A DNA stretch of 64,000 nt from Squalus acanthias (taxonomy: Eukaryota): assembly GCA_030390025.1 (NCBI GenBank), contig JASTWF010000096.1, positions 682,001-746,000 of the forward strand, given 5' to 3'. Of this stretch, positions 59,471-64,000 are shown piece after piece. The notes beneath the pieces are model-generated. The model ran no database searches. It saw nothing but the letters and a program-made list of their open reading frames with translations, and was not told where the DNA came from. Both the position numbers and the translations under genes were made by a program. Each line of letters begins with the position of its first letter. The stretch's first letter is position 1.

Positions 59471-62400
59471 GAACATAAGAACATAAGAAATAGGAGCAGG
59501 AGTAGGCCAATTGGCCCCTCGAGCCTGCTCCGCCATTCAATAAGATCATGGCTAATCTGATCCTAGCCGCCAATCTAAGATCACAGAACCATCTCCTGAA
59601 CCTAACAGAATTGGACACACGAAATAGGAGCAGGATCAGGCTACACGGCCCCTGGGCCCGCTAGGCTACCCACAGGGCCATGACCGATCCGAACCTAAAC
59701 TCATGTCCAAATTCCTGCCCGCTCCCCTTAACCCTTAATTCCCTTTACTTCTAGGAAACTGTCTATTTCTGTTTTAAATTTATGTAATGATGTAGCTTCT
59801 ACAGCTTTTTGGGGCAGCATATTCCATGGACCTATCACCCTCTGAGTGAAGTAGTTCCTTCTCATCTCAGTTTTGAAAGAGCAGCCCCTTATTCTAAGAC
59901 TATGCCCCCTAGTTCTAGTTTCACCCATCATCGGGAACATCCTCCCCGCATCCACCCGATCCAACCCTTTCACAATCTTATATGTTTCAATAAGATCGCC
60001 TCTCATTCTTCTGAACTCCAATGAGTAGAGTCCCAATCTACCCAACCTCTCCTCATATGTCCATCCCCTCATCCCCGGGATTAACCGAGTGAACCTTCTT
60101 TGTACTGACACGAGAGCAAGTACGTCTTTTCTTAAGTATGGACACCAAAACTGTATACAGTATTCCAGGTGCGGTCTCACCAATACCTTGTACAACTGAA
60201 GCAATACCTCCCTATTTTTATATTCTATCCCCCTAGCAATGAAACACAACATTCCATTTGCCTTCTTAATCACTTGCTGCACCTGCATACTAACCTTTTG
60301 AGTTTCGTGCACCAGGACCCCCAGATCCCTTTGTACTTCAGTACTTCCAGTTTCTTGCCATTTAGATAATAACTTGCTCTACTATTTTTCCTGCCAAAGT
60401 GCATAACCTCACATTTTCCAGTATTGTATTCCATCTGCCAAATCTCTGCCCACTTATTTAGCCTGTCTATGTCCCCTTGCAGATTTTTTATGTCCTCCTC
60501 ACTCATTACTTTCCCTCCCATCTTAGTATCATCTGCAAACTTTGATATGTTACTCTCGGTCCCCTCCTCCAAATCGTTAATATAGATTGCAAAGAGTTGG
60601 GGACCCAGCACTGACCCCTGCGGAACACCACTAGTTACTGATTGCCAGTCTGAGAATGAACCATTTATCCCAACTCTCTGCCTTCTGTTAGATAGCCAAT
60701 CCTCTATCCATGCCAGAATATTACCCACAATCCCGTGATTTTTTATCTTAAGCAATAATCTTTTGTGTGGCACCTTGTCAAATGCCTTTTGGAAGTCTAA
60801 ATACACCACATCCACTGGTTCCCCTTTATCCACCCTGTGTGTTACTTCCTTAAAGAACTCCAGCAAATTTGTCAAACATCACTTCCCCTTCATAAAACTA
60901 TGCTGACTTTGTAATATTAAATTATGATTATCCAAATGTCCCGTTACTGTCTCCTTAATAATGGACTCTAAAATTTTACCTACCACAGATGTTAGGCTAA
61001 CCGGTCTATAGTTTCCAGCCTTCTGTCTACTGCCCTTTTTATATAAGGGTGTTACATTAGCAGTTTTCCAGTCTGCCGGGATCTTTGCTGAGTCCAAGGA
61101 GTTTTGGAAAATGATTAACAATGCATCCACAATCCCTACCGCCACTTCCCTCAAGACCCGAGGATGTAAGCCATCAGGTCCAGGTGATTTATCCGCCTTG
61201 AGTCCCATTATTTTACCGAGTACCACTTCCTTAGTGATTTTGATCGTGTTTAGCTCCTCCCCCCTATAGCCCACTGTTTGTCCTGTGTTGGGATATTCTT
61301 AGTCTCCTCTACTTTAAAGACTGATACAAAATATTCATTCAGTGTATTTGCCATCTCCATATTTCCCACCATTAATTTCCCGGTCTCATCCTCTATGGGA
61401 CCAACATTTACTTTAGCCACCCTTTTTCTTTTTATATAACTATAAAAACTCTTACTATCTGTTTTAAAATGTTTTGCTAATTTACTTTCATAATCTATCT
61501 TCCCTTTCTTAATCAATCTTTTTGTTATTTTTTGCTGCCTTTTAAAGTTTTCCCAATCCTCTATCCTCCCACTAGATTTGGCTACCTTATAAGCCCTTGT
61601 TTTTATGTCGAATACTATCCTTAATTTCTTTACTTATCCACGGATGACTGTCTTTTCTTTTACACCCTTTTCTTCTCAGTGGAATATATATTTTTTGGAA
61701 GTTGTAAAATAACTCCTTAAATGTACACCACTGATCATGTATCGTCTTACCCTTTAATCTATTTTCCCAATCCACTCTACTAAATTTCGTTCGTATACCT
61801 TCATAGTCTCCTTTAGTCAAGCTTAGCACGCTTGTTTGAGATCCAACCTTCTCAACCTCTAATTGAATATGGAATTCAACCATGTTATTGTCACTCATTC
61901 CAAGGGGATCCTTTACTAGGACATTTTTAATTAATCCTGTCTCGTTACACAGGACCAGATCTAAGGTTGCTTGCCCCCTGGTCGGTTCAGTTACATACTG
62001 CTCAAGAAACCCATCCCTAATACACTGAATGAACTCATCCTCAAGGCAGCCCTGTCCAATTTGATTTGTCCAATTAATATGATAGTTAAAATCTCCCATA
62101 ATTATACATGCTCCCTTATTACAAGCCTCAACTATTTCCCAATTGATACTCCGTCCAACAGTGTTGCAACTATTCGGAGGCCTATAGACTACACCCACTA
62201 GTGTTTTTTCCCCCTTATTATTCCTTATCTCCACCCAAACTGTTTCATTATCCTGATCTTTTGACCCAATATCATTTCTCTGTATTACAGTGATTCCTTC
62301 CTTTATTAACATAACCACACCACCTCCCCTTCCTTCCTGCCTGTCCTTGCTGATCGTTAAATAACCAGGTATGTTTAATTCCCAGGCATTGTCACCCTGC

Positions 62401-63990
62401 AGCCATGTTTCTGTAATGGCCACAAGATCATACCCATATGTAGTTATTTGTGCCATTAACTTGTCTATTTTGTTGCGAATGCTACGTGCATTCAGATAGA
62501 GAACTTTCAAATATGTTTTGTGAAACTTATTTCCTGCTTTTGCCCTTTTTATTACTTTACCTTTTACTCCATACCTTCTGCCCCTTCCTGATACACTCTG
62601 GTTTTTAATTTCCCCACTGCTACCTAAGTCTATGACCTTCTCTGTTGTCATTTTTATTATTTGCTCTCTAGGAACCTCCCCCCCACTAGTTAGTTTAAAG
62701 CCCTCTCTACAGCCCTAGTTATATGATCCGCCAGGACTCTAGTCCCAGCACTGGCCAAGTGAAGCCCGTCCCAACGGAACAGCTCCCTCCTGCTCCAGTA
62801 CTGGTGCCAGTGTCCCAGGAAGCAAAACACATTTCTCCCACACCAGACTTTGAGCCACTCATTTAACTCTCTAATTTTATTTGTCCTAGCCAAATTCGCT
62901 CGTTGCTCAGGTAATAATCCAGAGATTATTACCCATGAGGTTCTGTTTTTTTAATTTGACCCCTAGCTGCTCATACTCCTTTAACAGAACCAGCTTCCTT
63001 GTCCTATCTACGTCGTTTGTACCAACATGGTCCACGACAACTGGATCCACCCCCTCCCACTGCAAGATTCTTTCCAGCCCAGAGGAGATGTCCTTAACCC
63101 TGGCACCGGGCAGGCAACACAGCCTACGGGACTCTCGCTCTCGGCTGCAGAGAACTCGATCTATCCCCCTAATAATACTATACCCTACCAGTACAGCATT
63201 TCAATTTACTCCCCACTCTTGAATGTCCCCCCGTTCCACGGTGCTGTGGCCAGGTTGCTCATCTTCCCTGCAGTCCCTGCTCCCGTCCCCACAGTGAGTA
63301 AGAACCTCGAACCTGTTGGACAAGAGCAAGAGCTGTGGCTCCTCCAACACTACCTCCTGGATCCCCGTACCTACCTCACTCGTAGTCACACCGTCCTGTC
63401 CATGACCATGGGCTATATCTGAATTAATTAACTTCATAGATGTGACCACCTCCTGAAACACAGAGTCCAGGTACTTCTCCCACTCCCTGATGTGTCGCAG
63501 TGTCTGAAGCTCAGACTCCAGCTCATCAACACGGAGCTGGAGTTCCTGTAGCAGCAGACACTTGTCACAGATGTAATCATCGTGAGCCTCAATGGGGTCC
63601 ACCGGCTCCCACATCTCGCAACAGTAACACATCACCTGCTCCATTCTATGTAATTAATTAAATATGTTTATTGTTAGTTATGGACACTCTCTGCCCGATT
63701 ATAGATGCTAGTATCCCCTCTAATTAATTGGATTTAAATTAAATCAGTCCCTCTAAATTACACCAGTTAAATGGTTTACCAACAGTCACTCTGCACCAGA
63801 AAGGCCTTATTAACTACAACCCAGAGTTAAAGTTTGAAAAGAGCACCCTTAACTCCACTCACCCGAACTCCCACTTACCCAAACTCAGCACTCTCTGCTG
63901 ACTTGCACTCAGTGCTGGCTCGCACTCACACTGGTCTTTTTATACTGTTTGTTTGTTTACAGCCAAATGAGTCACCCCTGCTGATTGATT
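59471..63990 (-). mobile_element. Near full-length CR1 LINE with frameshifted ORF1 and ORF2
   Basis: ORF1 pieces 63201-63644 (CYCC...CDKC) and 62690-62893 (DGLHL...ERALN*); ORF2 pieces 61587-62651, 61250-61516, 60879-61274, 60270-60875 and 59728-60312; CATAAGAA tail; 5' end approximate. Confidence 0.92.
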
Positions 63991-64000
63991 AGAAAACTGG

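Overview
Repeat-rich eukaryotic (vertebrate) genomic DNA with four assembly gaps. The repeat landscape (esterase-ORF1 CR1 LINEs, Penelope-like elements, a Deu-type SINE) suggests a cartilaginous fish, but this is inference. One spliced host gene runs on the + strand and the ORF track mostly misses it: an Ig-superfamily receptor of leukocyte-receptor-complex (LILR/GPVI/NKp46/OSCAR-like) design. It has a candidate 33-nt leader mini-exon (6647-6679), seven intact phase-1 Ig exons (32302-49533), three decayed Ig exons and a divergent membrane-proximal Ig exon with an in-frame TAA (53462-53758). These are followed by an Arg-containing TM exon (58204-58326) and a tiny terminal exon giving a short tail without an ITIM. 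The introns are packed with mobile DNA. One CR1 looks intact and full length (43911-48401), and its ORF1/ORF2 junction carries an in-phase U_UUA_AAC -1 slippery heptamer that recurs in another CR1 family. Young Penelope-like insertions have 14-15 bp TSDs and minimal hammerhead ribozymes, and a gap-flanked tandem array of 232-bp hammerhead-containing monomers looks retrozyme-like. Several MITE-like inverted-repeat elements are also present. All calls were made by eye; no database searches were run.
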